In this document: positions 27,201 through 39,120 of the stretch, piece after piece | How the letters are laid out: every line of letters begins with the position of its first letter | How positions within the stretch are numbered: position 1 is the first letter of the stretch | Assembly (NCBI RefSeq): GCF_018350175.1 | Contig: NC_058368.1 | Span: 209,004,001-209,068,000 of the forward strand | From: Felis catus | Taxonomy: Eukaryota | Reading direction: 5' to 3' | DNA: 64,000 nt | The notes under the pieces: generated by a model | The model's database searches: none | The model's input: only the letters and a program-made list of their open reading frames with translations | What the model was told of the DNA's origin: nothing | Position numbers and translations under genes: made by a program

Positions 27201-27345
27201 TACGGACTAAACACTCCAATCAAAAGACACAGGATGACAAAATGGATTAAAAAACACCACCATTCTACCTACAGAATATGCTGCCTACAAGACAATCATT
27301 TTAGACCTAAAGACACCTGCAGATTGAAAGTGGGGGGATGGGGTG

Positions 27346-27557
27346 GGGGGGTGCCTGGGTGGCTCAGTCAGTCAACCATCTGACTTCGGCTCAGGTCATG
27401 ATCTCACAGTTCATAGGTTCAAGCCCCGCATCGGGCTCTGTGCTGACAGCTCGGAGCCTGTAGCCTCCTTCGGATTCCATGTCTCCCTCTCTCTCTGTCC
27501 CTCCCGCTTGCACACTGTCTCTCTCTCAAAAAAATAAACACTAAAAAAAAAAAGAAA
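27346..27557 (+). mobile_element. SINEC in L1 endonuclease region
   Basis: Degenerate TSD gaaagtggggggatgg / gaaaatgaggggatgg. Confidence 0.9.
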
Positions 27558-27587
27558 GAAAATGAGGGGATGGAGAAACATCTATCA

Positions 27588-29220
27588 CAAAGAAGTGAAA
27601 GGCATCCAAATTGGCCAGGAGGAGGTCAAACTTTCACTCTTCACAGATGACATGATACTCTACATAAACCCAAAAGATTCCATCAAAAACCTGCTAGAAC
27701 TGATTCATGAATTCAGCAAAGTTGCAGGATATAAAATCAATGCACAGAAAGCGGTTGCATTCCCATACACCGACAATGAGGCAACAGAAAGAGAAATCAA
27801 GGAATCGATCCCATTTATAATTCCACCCCAAAGCATAAAATACCTAAGAATAAATCTAACCAAAGAGGTGAAAAATCCATACACTGAAAGCTATAGAAAG
27901 CTTATGAAAGAAATGGAAGAAGACACAAAAAAATGGAAAAATATTCATGCTTCCGGATAGGAAGAAAAAATATTATTAAAATGTCAATACTACCCAAAGC
28001 AATCTACATATTCAATGCAATCCCTATCAAAATAACACCAGCATTCTTCACAGAGCTAGAACAAACAATTCTAAAATGTGTATGGAACCAGAAAAGACCC
28101 CGAATAGCCAAAGCAATCTTGAAAAAGAAAACCAAGGCAGGAGACATCACAATCCCAGACTTCAAGCTATATTACAAAGCTGTAATCATCAAGACAGTAT
28201 GGTACTGGCACAAAAACAGACACTCAGATCAATGGAACAGAATAGAGAACCCAGAAATGGACCCACAAACGTATGGCCAACTAATCTTTGACAAAGCAGG
28301 AAAGAATATCCAATGGAATAAAGATAGTCTCTTCAGCAAGTGGTGCTGGGAAAACTGGACAGCAACGTGCAGAAGAATGAACCTGGGCCACTTTCTGACA
28401 CCATACACAAAAATAAACTCAAAATGGATGAAAGACCTAAAAGTAAGACAGGAAGCCATCAAAATCCTCGAGGAGGAAGCAGGCAAAAACCTCTTTGATC
28501 TTGGCCGCAGCAACTTCTTACTCAACAGGTCTCCAGAGGCAAGGGAAACAAAAGCAAAAATGAACTACTGGGACCTCATCAAAATAAAAAGCTTCTGCAC
28601 AGTGAAGGAAACAATCAGCAAAACTAAAAGGCAACCGATGGAATGGGAGAAGATATTTGCAAATGACATATATCCATATAGATTTTGGGTTAGTATCCAA
28701 AATCTATAAAGAACTTATCAAACTCAACACCCAAAAAACAAATAATCCAGTGAAGAAATGGGCAGAAGACATTAATAGACACTTTTCCAAAGAAGACATC
28801 CAGATGGCCAACAGACACATGAAAAAATGCTCAACATCACTCATCATCAGGGAAATACAAATCAAAACCACAATGAGATACCACCTCACATCTGTCAGAA
28901 TGGCTAACATTAACAACTCAGGCAACAACAGATGTTGACGAGGATGCAGAGAAAGAGGATCTGTTTTGCACTGCTGGTGGGAATGCAAACTGGTGCAGCC
29001 ACTCTGGAAAACAGCATGGAGGTTCCTCAAAAAATTAAAAATAGAACTACCCTACGACCCAGCAACAGCACTAAGATGTATTTATCCAAGGGATACAGGT
29101 ATGCTGTTTTGAAGGGGCACATTCACCCCAATGTTTATGGCATCACTATCAACAATAGCCAAAGTATGGAAAAAGCCCAAATGTCCATCGATGGATGAAT
29201 GGATAAAGAAGATGTGGGGT
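27588..29220 (+). pseudogene. L1 ORF2 RT-to-C-terminal segment, disrupted
   Basis: KEVKGIQIGQEEVKLSLFTDDMILY (catalytic FADD altered to FTDD), frameshifts near 27950 and 28670, TGA at 28936-28938 in the cysteine-rich region. Confidence 0.9.
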
Positions 29221-29231
29221 GCGTGTGTGTA

Positions 29232-29237
29232 CATCTA

Positions 29238-29280
<43 letters not shown>

Positions 29281-29303
29281 ATGTATATATACACACATAC
29301 ACA
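29232..29303. repeat. (TCTA)n tetranucleotide microsatellite with CA tail
   Basis: Directly visible. Confidence 0.95.
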
Positions 29304-29741
29304 TGAATACAAATCTTGCCATTTGCAATGACATGGATAGAGCTAGAGTACAATGCTAAATGAAACAGATCAAAGACAAATACCATATAATGTTATATGG
29401 AATTTAAGAAACAAAACAAATGAGTAAAGGGGGAAAAAGAGAGAGAGAGACAATCAAGAGACAGAATCTTAATTATAGAGAACCAGTGGTTACCACAGGG
29501 GGTGGGAGGATGGGTTAAATAGGTGTTGGGGATTAAGGAGTGAACTTGTGATGCGCACTAGGGGATGTATGGAATTGTTGAATCACTACATTGTACATGT
29601 GAAATGAAAATAAAGCTGTATGGTAACTAACTGGAATTAAAATAAAAAATTTTTAAAAAAGAAAAAATAGAAAACTAATTAGCATTACTTGATCAATAAT
29701 AAAACTTGTTTTTGGACCCCCACCCCCAAACACACATGCAC

Positions 29742-29742
<1 letters not shown>

Positions 29743-29775
<33 letters not shown>
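29743..29775. repeat. (CA)n microsatellite
   Basis: Directly visible. Confidence 0.95.
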
Positions 29776-29776
<1 letters not shown>

Positions 29777-30364
29777 TTATTTTGATCTTCAGGAAAACTA
29801 AGAACCATAAGGTACACAGCCAAGAAATCAGTAAGTTACTGAAATTTTGTAAATAGGGTACAATTCCAGCTGAATGGCTAACTACTGTAAGACGGCTTCC
29901 ACACGTTGATTACACTGTTACTCTGCATTTTCTCATATTCACTAATAGTGGGTTTGTTACACTTAGAGCTATAAAATAAAATGACAATGCTCTGGTACAC
30001 AGCCCAAAAAAAGGCAAAGCAAAAATCCTAAAATGGTGACCTGTTTATAATTATTCACGTAATTACCTTCGTTATTCCTCTGTACTCAGCCTGTAACGAT
30101 ACATCACTCTTAATGTTACTTCCCTTAATTCCATCTCTCCACGCCTCTTTCCTTCTTCACCAACACCTTTTTCAGGTTTTCCATGCAGCCTTGACTTTTG
30201 TCTCTGCCACTTTTCTGAAACTAAATTCCATAAGAATAGCAACAACTCACTGGATGCCAAATACAACAGTTATGTGCATCCTTGACCTATCTTTTCCTTT
30301 CTCCTCTGTTCTTAAATTTTCCTGTCTCTTCTGTTAAACTACAAGCAGATTTGTGCATTTAAAA

Positions 30365-30829
30365 GCTGGTGCTCCTCAGGGTTCTATGCTTCAACCTATA
30401 CCCTATGGCTTCAAACATCACTTATAGTGACAGCTGACTCTCAGGCCTAAGTTTACCATTCACATATCTATCTATTGCCTGGGCTGCAGTTCCACATTTT
30501 GAACTACCAACCAAACATTTGGTTTTTCTGCAGGCACCCAGAACTTAACATGTCAAAAATAGAATGTAATATCTTCCCCCTCAGACTGGCTCCTCCTCCT
30601 ACCTTCCCCATCTCACTTAGAAGAATCAGCACTAATGCTGCTGCTCAAGGAATTGGTCTCATTCATCTTTGACTCCTTCTTGTCCATCCCCATGCCCACA
30701 ACACACATGCAGTTTCTTCTGTCTAAAACTTCATCTTGTCTCACAGCTGTCTCTGTCTCCTTTTCTGTCCTTAATTAAGATGTCACCTCCTGGGAAACGT
30801 CTGCCCAGACCTCTAATAATTAGCATTAC

Positions 30830-30865
<36 letters not shown>

Positions 30866-31080
30866 CTATTTGACACCATCTGTCTGCTTCAAAGGACTGA
30901 TTACAAACCACAATTCTGAATTCATTGATATCTGTCTCTTCTACTACACTGGGAGCCATCTTATTCACTAATGTCCCCTAGAACCTAGTCCAGGGTGTGA
31001 CACAGTTGATATGTGTACATATGTGACATATGATACAGTCAGTATCATATGTCAATAACTGACGACTGAATGAATATCTG
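30365..31080 (+). mobile_element. L2 fragments containing an (ATC)n repeat at about 30830-30864
   Basis: cctcagggttct..., aacttaacatgtcaaaaatagaa, ends ctgaatgaat. Confidence 0.7.
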
Positions 31081-31354
31081 ATCAGAGGGTATGTTCTGAC
31101 GGGTCCCATTCTGAAGCTTTGCTCACATCTGTTCCCAATTTTCCACCAAACTGCCACCGGTGCCCTGGATTGGGCCATCATTACCTATTGTCTACACTCT
31201 AGAACTAACCTTGTGACAGAGTTCCTTGCCTTTGGCCTGTATTTGTCCTGTCATAAAAATGATGTTTTTTCCTGAGGAAAAAAAAAAAAAAAAGAAAAAG
31301 ATTTGATGATGTCACTCTACTGAGGAAAAGCCTCTGAGGGTTCAGAAGGCTCTA

Positions 31355-31571
31355 GGGGGCACCTGGGTGGCTCAGTCAGTTAAGCATGCAACTTTGACTC
31401 CAGTCATGATCTCATGATTTGTGAGTTCAAGCCCCACGTCAGGGGCTATGCTGACAGCTCAGAGCCTGGAGCTTGCTTCGGATTCTGTGTCTCCCTCTCT
31501 CTCTGCCCCTCCCCTTCTCATGCTCTCTCTCTCTCTCAAAAATAAATAAACATTTAAAAAATTGTTTTTAA
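31355..31571 (+). mobile_element. SINEC
   Basis: SINEC sequence; agaaggct on both sides. Confidence 0.9.
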
Positions 31572-31699
31572 AGAAGGCTACAGAAAAAAGTTCCAGGTAC
31601 TAATGGCATAGCGCCCAAGGGCCTTCCTAAAAGATCATAACCTAAACTCAATTTTCTAGTCTCTAGTCCAGTTACTTTGGCTCCCTTATGTTAGATACA

Positions 31700-32750
31700 C
31701 TGGAGGGTGAGAAAGCATTGCTGGGTGGATAGGGGAAGGCACCTCTGACACTGACATGATCATGACATTCCGGAGTCAAGAACTGACTGATAAAGACCCG
31801 TATCTTGCCTTAAAGCTTACCAGGAAGAAAGACCACAGTGAATGGCCTTAATGTGAGAAAGAGCTTGATGTGAGAAATGGAGAGAAGGGTAGTGTGACTG
31901 AAATATAGTGTAATATGAGGTAAAGTCAGTGAAGTAGGCAGGAACCAGATTTATGTAGAGTCTTATAGTCTGGATTCTACTCTAAATTGGTAAAGCAGAA
32001 TTTTAAGCAGGGAAGGGGCATAATCTGATTTATGTTATACATTCTAAGTGAAGAACTGATTCTTTTATTCACACGTTCATTCCTTTACTCAACAGTTACT
32101 TAATAAGTGTCCACTATGTACCAGATACCATTCTGGTCACTACAGATACAATGGTGAACAAGACAGATAAAACCTTTGCCCTCATAAAGATTTCATTCTG
32201 GAGTATTCTGTGAAGACAAAAAGGAAGTAAGGGGTCCAGTTGAAAGACCGCTATTGAGTCCACATGAGAGACTATGATGGCTTGGACAAGGTATGTTACA
32301 GTAGAGAGGGAGATAAATGGACAAATATAGGTTCTATTTTAAAGGTACAACAGATAGCACTAGACAGGTAAAGGAATGAGAAATCGGGAATGACTCTCAC
32401 ATCTTTGGTCTGGACAACTGCACTGATGGGTGTAGTGCTACTTACTGAAAGGGGGAAAAACAGAAAAAGTGCACATCTGGGGAAGAAAACCAAGAGATCT
32501 ATTTTGGTCATATAGGATGAGGTACCTATTAAATATCTGAAGAGGAGTGAGCTGTTGGATTTAGGAGCCTGAAAGTCCAGAAGGCAGAACCGGAGATGTA
32601 AAACTAGGAGTTGGACATACAGATGGATTTAGGAAGAGAGTACAAATGAGGACAGCCTCCACATTCTAACTTTGAGAGATTGAGCAAAAGGGGAGAAGGG
32701 AGCAAGAAAACTGAGAAGTGATTAGTAAGGTAGGGGGAAATGTGTAGCGT
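31700..32750 (-). mobile_element. L2 fragments
   Basis: ttttaagcagggaaggggcataatctgatt; cattcctttactcaacagttacttaataagtgtccactatgtaccagatacc. Confidence 0.7.
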
Positions 32751-32975
32751 CACTGTGGCAAGCCATACAGGTATGCTGCTAGGATCTCCCTTCAAGAAAA
32801 CACCTGCCATTCAGGTGTAAGGAGTGCAGTTAACTGACAACCTCCAGCTGTTAATAGCCTCAGGCTACGCTCAGTTTTTGAGCCAAAGCCACAGTCTTCC
32901 CAGGATGCCCAGATGATCACTGAGTGCATTGTGGTGGTATGGTCTGGCCAAGTATGCCGAATGCAGGTCTCTTCT

Positions 32976-33207
32976 TCTTCTTCTTCTTTTTTTTTTTTGT
33001 AAGTTTATTCATTTATTCTGAGAGAGAGAGAGAGAGAGAGCATGAGTAGGGGAGGGGCAGAGAGAGAAGGAGAGAGAGGATCTCAAGCAGGATCCACACT
33101 GTCAGCGTGGAGCCTGATGCAGGGCTCAAACTCACAAGCTGTGAAATAACGACCTGAGCTGAGATCAAGAGTCGGATGCTTAACCGACTGAGCCACCCAG
33201 GCACCCC
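32976..33207 (-). mobile_element. SINEC (older type)
   Basis: Reverse SINEC bounded by a(a/g)tgcaggtctcttct. Confidence 0.92.
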
Positions 33208-33223
33208 AGTGCAGGTCTCTTCT

Positions 33224-33447
33224 TTTTTTTTTTCTTTTTTATGTTTATTTATTTTCGAGAGAGAAAGAGAGAGACAGAGTGTGGATGGGGGAGAGGGAGA
33301 GAGAGAGAGGGAGACACAGATTCAAAGCAAGCTCCAGGCTCTGAGCTGTAAGCACAGAGCCTGATGCGGGGTTCGAACTCAAAAACTGCGAGATCATGAC
33401 CTCAGCCGAAGTCAGCCGCTCAACCAATGGAGTCACCCAGGCGCCCC
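33224..33447 (-). mobile_element. SINEC
   Basis: Reverse SINEC bounded by a(g/a)tgcaggtctcttct. Confidence 0.92.
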
Positions 33448-35599
33448 AATGCAGGTCTCTTCTAATGAGCAACTTCTGCACCAGAGCTCCTACGTAGGGT
33501 AGCCAGAGGCTCAGTCATACCTGCAGCATGGTCTGAGGTTTGTCCTGCCCAATCCTGCTTCCTCCCCTCTTTCCTTCCACAGCTCCTAGGTCTTGGTCTG
33601 AAGGCATTCCTTCCTCTTGTCTTTCACAGCCAAGGCCCTCCCCCCAGTAAGCCTCTTGTATGCCTCTCTACATCTCAGCACCTGCATCCTGGAGAACCAC
33701 ATTCTATAGTGCCAAAAACCAAGAGTGTTTCAAAGAGGAAATAGTCCTCTGTGATGAGGGTTGCTGAGAAGGGAAAAGAGAAAGAACTATGAGTAAATTT
33801 GGCAAAATGAAGGTCATTGAGAATACTGAAGAGGACATTTTCAGTGGGGCAGTGTGAATCTAAGCTTAAATGGAATGAGCTGTCAGGTGAATGACAAATG
33901 AGCAAGGAACTCATAGAGACTGTAGACATTACAAACAACTAACTCACTCTAGAAGTTTTGCTTATAGAGCTCCCAGCTATAATAAGTGCTAAAAGAACAG
34001 TACTAGGATTTCAAAAAGTATAACTGGGGAACGTAATGTATATTGGGAAAGGTATATCTGAGGAAATAAAGTTTACCAAAGAGTAAAAGAGTGGAAATAA
34101 GAACATTCCAGAAAAAAGAAAGAGCAAGCGCTAAAGCCAAGGCATAGGAGAAAGTCTGAGTAACTAGAGGACCAGAAAACCAGTTGTTGTGGCTGAAATA
34201 AAGACAGCCAACACCAGATTATGCAAGGACCTATGGGAAGTGATAATATTTTGGATTTTAGCCTAAACCCTAGAAGTTTTAAGTTGGGTTAAAGTTAACA
34301 TGACCTGATTTGTGACTTTATGAAAATATCACTATTTGCAGTGAAGGAAAAACAGAAGTGAAAGACCTATTGAGAGTCAATGGTGCTTTGGACTTGGGCA
34401 ACTGAATGCATTTACTCATTCATTCATTCGAATATTTAATAAATGGGAGAAGCATATTGACTCAATATGTATTTTCAGAGACAGAATCTATAGGACTGGC
34501 AAAAATGGGGTTAAGAGAAAGGAAGTTATCAAGGACAACTCCTAGGACTTTGGCTCAATCAACTGAGCAAAACTGGTTATGATGAAGTGCACCAACTTCT
34601 AAGGAGCCCCTTTTCTTGGGGAGTATACCAGCAAGTCACATCCCAACAATCGTAACACCAAAAAGCATAACTGTGTAACACAACTGAATTAAACCACACA
34701 GGCTAACACAGTATATTTCTTCTTCAATGCTCAACTATCTCACTTTATGCCTGAGGGAATGGATTGCCTACTAGAGTTGGAATCTGCTCATACATATTAA
34801 TGCTGCTCTCTTGACCTTCACATGTAATTTTACACATATTTCAGGAACAGGCCATAAGCCCTCAGTCTAGAAATTTATTCATGGGCAATTTCTGAAGCTC
34901 TTATCACTGGCTTCTCCTCTGGGCTTTTCCTGAGAATTAGAAATCTTTGCTTAACATAAGCTGGTTCCTTCTTTCTCCTTTTATCTAAGGCAATCATTAA
35001 ACTCCATAAACCAGACCTTAAAACTCCTTAACCTTTTGTTTTTTCATTGCAGAGGACATTCTTTTTGCTCCTGTAGCTCTAAGCAAGCAAAATTTAGAAA
35101 TTTTGGTTTTGACTGTTAATGTGCAATTTTAAATGTTGCTTTGTCTAGGATTACACTCAAAATCAAGCGTTCAAATCCACACATTTATCAAGCAACACCT
35201 ATCTGCTAGGCACTGTGAGGAGTGTAAGAAGCAAAAGATGATTCATACAAGATCCCAGTCCTAAAAGAATTAACACAAACTCTGTGAGTTCATGAATTCA
35301 CCATCTTCCCCAGTGTACCTTGGGAAGATAAACTCAAATAAACTGAGATAAACTCAAATTCATCTGTGAGAACGCTCAGGTATGCTACACTAGCTGGGAC
35401 ACTACAGCCAGGAAACGACTGTGCTGGGAAAAGACTTCACAGAAGAGGGGACATGTGAAAAGCAATTGGAAAGAAGACTGAGAGTTCAGTAAAACTCCAA
35501 TACAAAAAGGGATAAAGAACACTTTCAGTGGAGGAAACAACTTGTACTTAGAAACAAGAGGCCATGTTCCTAAAAGCAAAGGACAGTCTTCAGACCTCA

Positions 35600-36530
35600 C
35601 GTGATTTCCCAGCAGCTTTTGATCCTGATAACCATTCGCATATCCTTGACACATTCTTAGTTTAGGGACACTACACTCTCTTTGTGTTCCTCCTAATAAT
35701 CTCTCTGGTTGGTCTTCCCCAGTACTCTTTGAAGGCTCCTCTTTGTGTCTTTATAATAGTGTCATTTCCACAGAGTTCAGTACAAGGCCCTTTTTTTTTC
35801 AAACATGAAAAGTCCCCTGCCTGGTTGATCTCATCTCTCTCCCATGGTTTCAATTACCATATACTCAAATCTGTACCTCTAGAACAGACAGTTCCTGAGT
35901 TCGAGAGCCACATAACTCCTGTCTTCTGGACACTTTAAAAATTTCACAAGTGCCTCAAACTTAAAACTTTCAAAATGAAATTATCTTTCTCCCAAACCCT
36001 CGTCTCCTCTTGGATACGCCTCCAACTCATTTTACCAGTGAGTCAGTTGTCTAAGCCAAAAACTTGAACATTATCCTTGACTTCTTTTGCTCTATTACAA
36101 ATTCATCATTTACTTAGTTCTTAAGTCTGTCAACTTTGCCTTTTACTTGAATTCATCTACTTTTCTTCATCCCAACTCCTAATGTCCTAATTTATGGTCC
36201 CATTACCTCTTACATAAATGACTGCAAAACCCCTCCTAACAGACTCTCTTGTCTTTAGTCTTGCTTGCCTCCAATCTACCCTCCATATCATAATATGTCT
36301 TACAGTATCTTGCATGATTTATTTCCTAATTAGATCCTGGACTTACCTCTTGCCCCTAGCCTCTACATATTTTATATTTCTAGCCATATTCAACCATTTA
36401 TCTTGCCTTTAGATCCTTCTATATACATTCCCCATGCATAAAATGCTATTTTTGTTCTCTTTTTTTAACTAATTCCCACTCATCCTTTACATTGAAAATT
36501 ACACATTATTTCCTCAGGGGAGCCACTGAT
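35600..36530 (+). mobile_element. L2 fragment
   Basis: ctcccatggtttcaattaccat, gcctcaaacttaaaac, ctgcaaaacccctcctaac...ctccaatctaccctccata. Confidence 0.7.
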
Positions 36531-36574
36531 CCCTCAACTGCTTCCTCTTCCCACCCCCTCCCCCCAACAGGGCC

Positions 36575-37130
36575 CTTTTTTTAGTTTCTTTTGTTATGAG
36601 GTATAATTGACAAGTGAAACTATAATAGCAAGTGCACAACATAATTTGAAATACATATACATTGTTAAAGAATTCCCACCACTGAATTAATTAACACATC
36701 TATCATCTCACATATTTATCTTTTTTGTATGTATGTGAAAACACAAGTTCTATACTCTTAGCAAGTTGCAATTACACAATACAGTATTATCAGCTCTAGT
36801 GACTACAATATACATTAGATCCTCAGGCCCTACTCATTTTATAACTGGAAGATTATACCCTTTTACCAAACTCCCCCTATTTCTTCCACCTCCCAGCCCC
36901 TGGCAACCACCTTTCTACTGTCTGTTTTTATGAGTGTGTTTTTTTTTTTTTCTTTTAAGATTCCACATATAAGTAATACCATGCAGTATTTGTCTTTCTC
37001 TGTCTGGTTTATTTCACTTAGTAATGTCCTCCAGGTTCATCCATGCTGTTACAAACGGAAAGATTTCTTTCTTCTTTAAAGCTAAAAAATATTTCTCTCT
37101 CCCTTTCTCCCTCTCTCCCTCTTCCCCACC

Positions 37131-37187
<57 letters not shown>

Positions 37188-37582
37188 CTCACATTTTCTT
37201 TAGCCATTCATCTATCAATAGACACTTGGGTTGTTTCCATGCCTTGGCTATTGTGAATAATGCTGCAACGAACATGGGAATACAGGTATCTTCAAGATAA
37301 AGATTTCATCTCCTTTTGATATTACCAGAAGTGAGACTGCTGGATCATATGGTAGTTCTGTTTTTAATTACTTGAGGGATCTCCATACTGTTTTCCATAG
37401 CAGCTGTACCAGTTTACATTCCCACCAACAGTGCACAAGGGTTCCTTTTCTCCACATTCTTGGCAGCATTTGTTATCTTTTATCTTTCTGATAGACCTTC
37501 TAACAGGTGTGAGATGATATCTCGTGGTGGCTTTGATTTCTATTTCTATACTGCAGTTCTGATTAGTGATGCTGAGCACCTT
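36575..37582 (-). mobile_element. L1 3' end (L1MA/carnivore type) with (TG)n
   Basis: Reverse 3'UTR gattccacatataagt...atgcagtatttgtctttctctgtctgg; ORF 37364-37579 encodes ORF2 C-terminal RYHLTPVR...[20 protein letters not shown]. Confidence 0.9.
37134..37184. repeat. (TG)n microsatellite
   Basis: Directly visible. Confidence 0.95.
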
Positions 37583-38144
37583 TACTGTACCTGCCTAACT
37601 GCTTTTCCTTATGTGTTCCTATCAGAGGTATCTTTATTCCACTGTATTTTAATTTGTTGTTTACTAGTCAGTATCTTCCTAGACCATAAACTCATAAGAG
37701 CCCTTAGCACAGTGTCAATGCCTACCATAAGTGCTCAAAAATTTTTTGTGTTATGACTAAACAAATGATAAGGAAATCCTTAACACACTTCATCAAAATA
37801 CTAAGAACACATAAGATTAAAAAATGGGTACAGGATGACTGGTGACTTTCTGTGGTTGCCCTTCTAGTAAGATCAACAGAACAGATAATGTGCAAAAATA
37901 CTATTATAAAAAGATAGCATAGATAATGAAAAGAATTAACTGAAAAAGCATAATTTAATTCAACAAAAACATGAGGGTAGCTCGTAACAACGGAAATAAG
38001 CTGCTTTTGTCTTTGCTTCAGTACTTTTGAAGAAATATCCCTTCAGCGCAATTTTCTGAGAAAGCAACAAGTGACCAAAAAGTAAACTGATGTCTAAGCT
38101 TTTTTTCTTCCCAAAGAAACATCTTCTAAGACTAATCACTGAAC

Positions 38145-38630
38145 AGAAGTTAGACACTGCTGCATAACAAACTAACCCAAATCCAGGGGCTTATATATTT
38201 TTCACTCTTAACTCTACAGGTCAGCTAACAATTCCATATTGGCTGCACTCTCTTGTGATTATGCAATATCATACAGGTTAGCTAAGACTGGCTTATCTAG
38301 AGTGGCCATCCTCATATATATAGTGGTTGGCTGGCTCTTGAATGGGGTGACAGGTGTGATGGGGACACAACCAGCAGACTAGCCCAAACTAGTTCTCACA
38401 GAAGCTAGACAGGTGTCCATGAGCAGAAATGCACAAGGCCTCTTAAGACTTTAGCTTCATAACTGACACGCCAACACCTCTGCTGCATCTACTAGCCAAA
38501 GCAAGTTACAAGGCCAACCCCGAATGAAGAAGTAAGTCAATAGACACTATCTCTGCAGAGTCACACTACAAGGGGCATAGATATAAGGAGGGAAAAATCA
38601 AGGTCATTCTTTACAACCAATATCCCATAC
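38145..38630 (-). mobile_element. Old MLT1 LTR
   Basis: ctgctgcataacaaactaacccaaa...gccaaagcaagttacaaggccaaccc. Confidence 0.7.
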
Positions 38631-38917
38631 ACTATTTAGCCTCACACGTGCATCTATCTGTGAGCAGTACAGTTCAGTACATGAGATTCATAATGATTCT
38701 GATTCAGCAAAGAGTTAAATAACATTTAGTATATTATAGGCAGAGAAGCATATTGTGAAAAGCTTTCCATGATCATAAGAAAGGTTAAAAGATTTGCACT
38801 AAATAACTCACTTTGTTGTGCTATCATTCCCCACTGATTTCAGAGAATAATGTTTTTACCACAGTGCACTCTGTTCACTGTGAGGGCTATCAACAGAGTT
38901 GAGAAAGTAACAGGATT

Positions 38918-39120
38918 ATTAAGCGTCCAACTCTTGATTTCAGCTCAGGTCATGATCTTATAGTTTGTGAGTTTGAGCCCCACATCAGGCTCTGCACTGG
39001 CAGCATAGAGCCTGCCTGGGATTCTCTCTCTCTCCCTCTCTCTCTGTTCCTCCCCTGCTTGCGCTCTCTCCCTCAAAATAAATATATAAACTTTTTAAAA
39101 AATTAATAAATAAATAATAA
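38918..39120 (+). mobile_element. SINEC lacking its first ~20 nt
   Basis: Begins at ttaagcgtccaactcttgatttcagctcagg. Confidence 0.88.

Larger units (their letters stand above)
24325..29668 (+). mobile_element. Composite carnivore L1: 5'UTR, decayed ORF1, EN start, RT/C-terminus, 3'UTR
   Basis: Begins gggaagatggca; ORF1 remnants about 25430-26525; ORF2 pieces 27562-27960, 27933-28709 and 28657-28938; 3'UTR and A tail to about 29668. Confidence 0.9.
32754..33707 (+). mobile_element. LTR16-like ERVL LTR interrupted by two SINEs
   Basis: cctgcccaatcctgcttcctccc...cccagtaagcctcttgtatgc...catctcagcacctgcatcctggagaacc resembles the LTR16 3' end. Confidence 0.7.
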
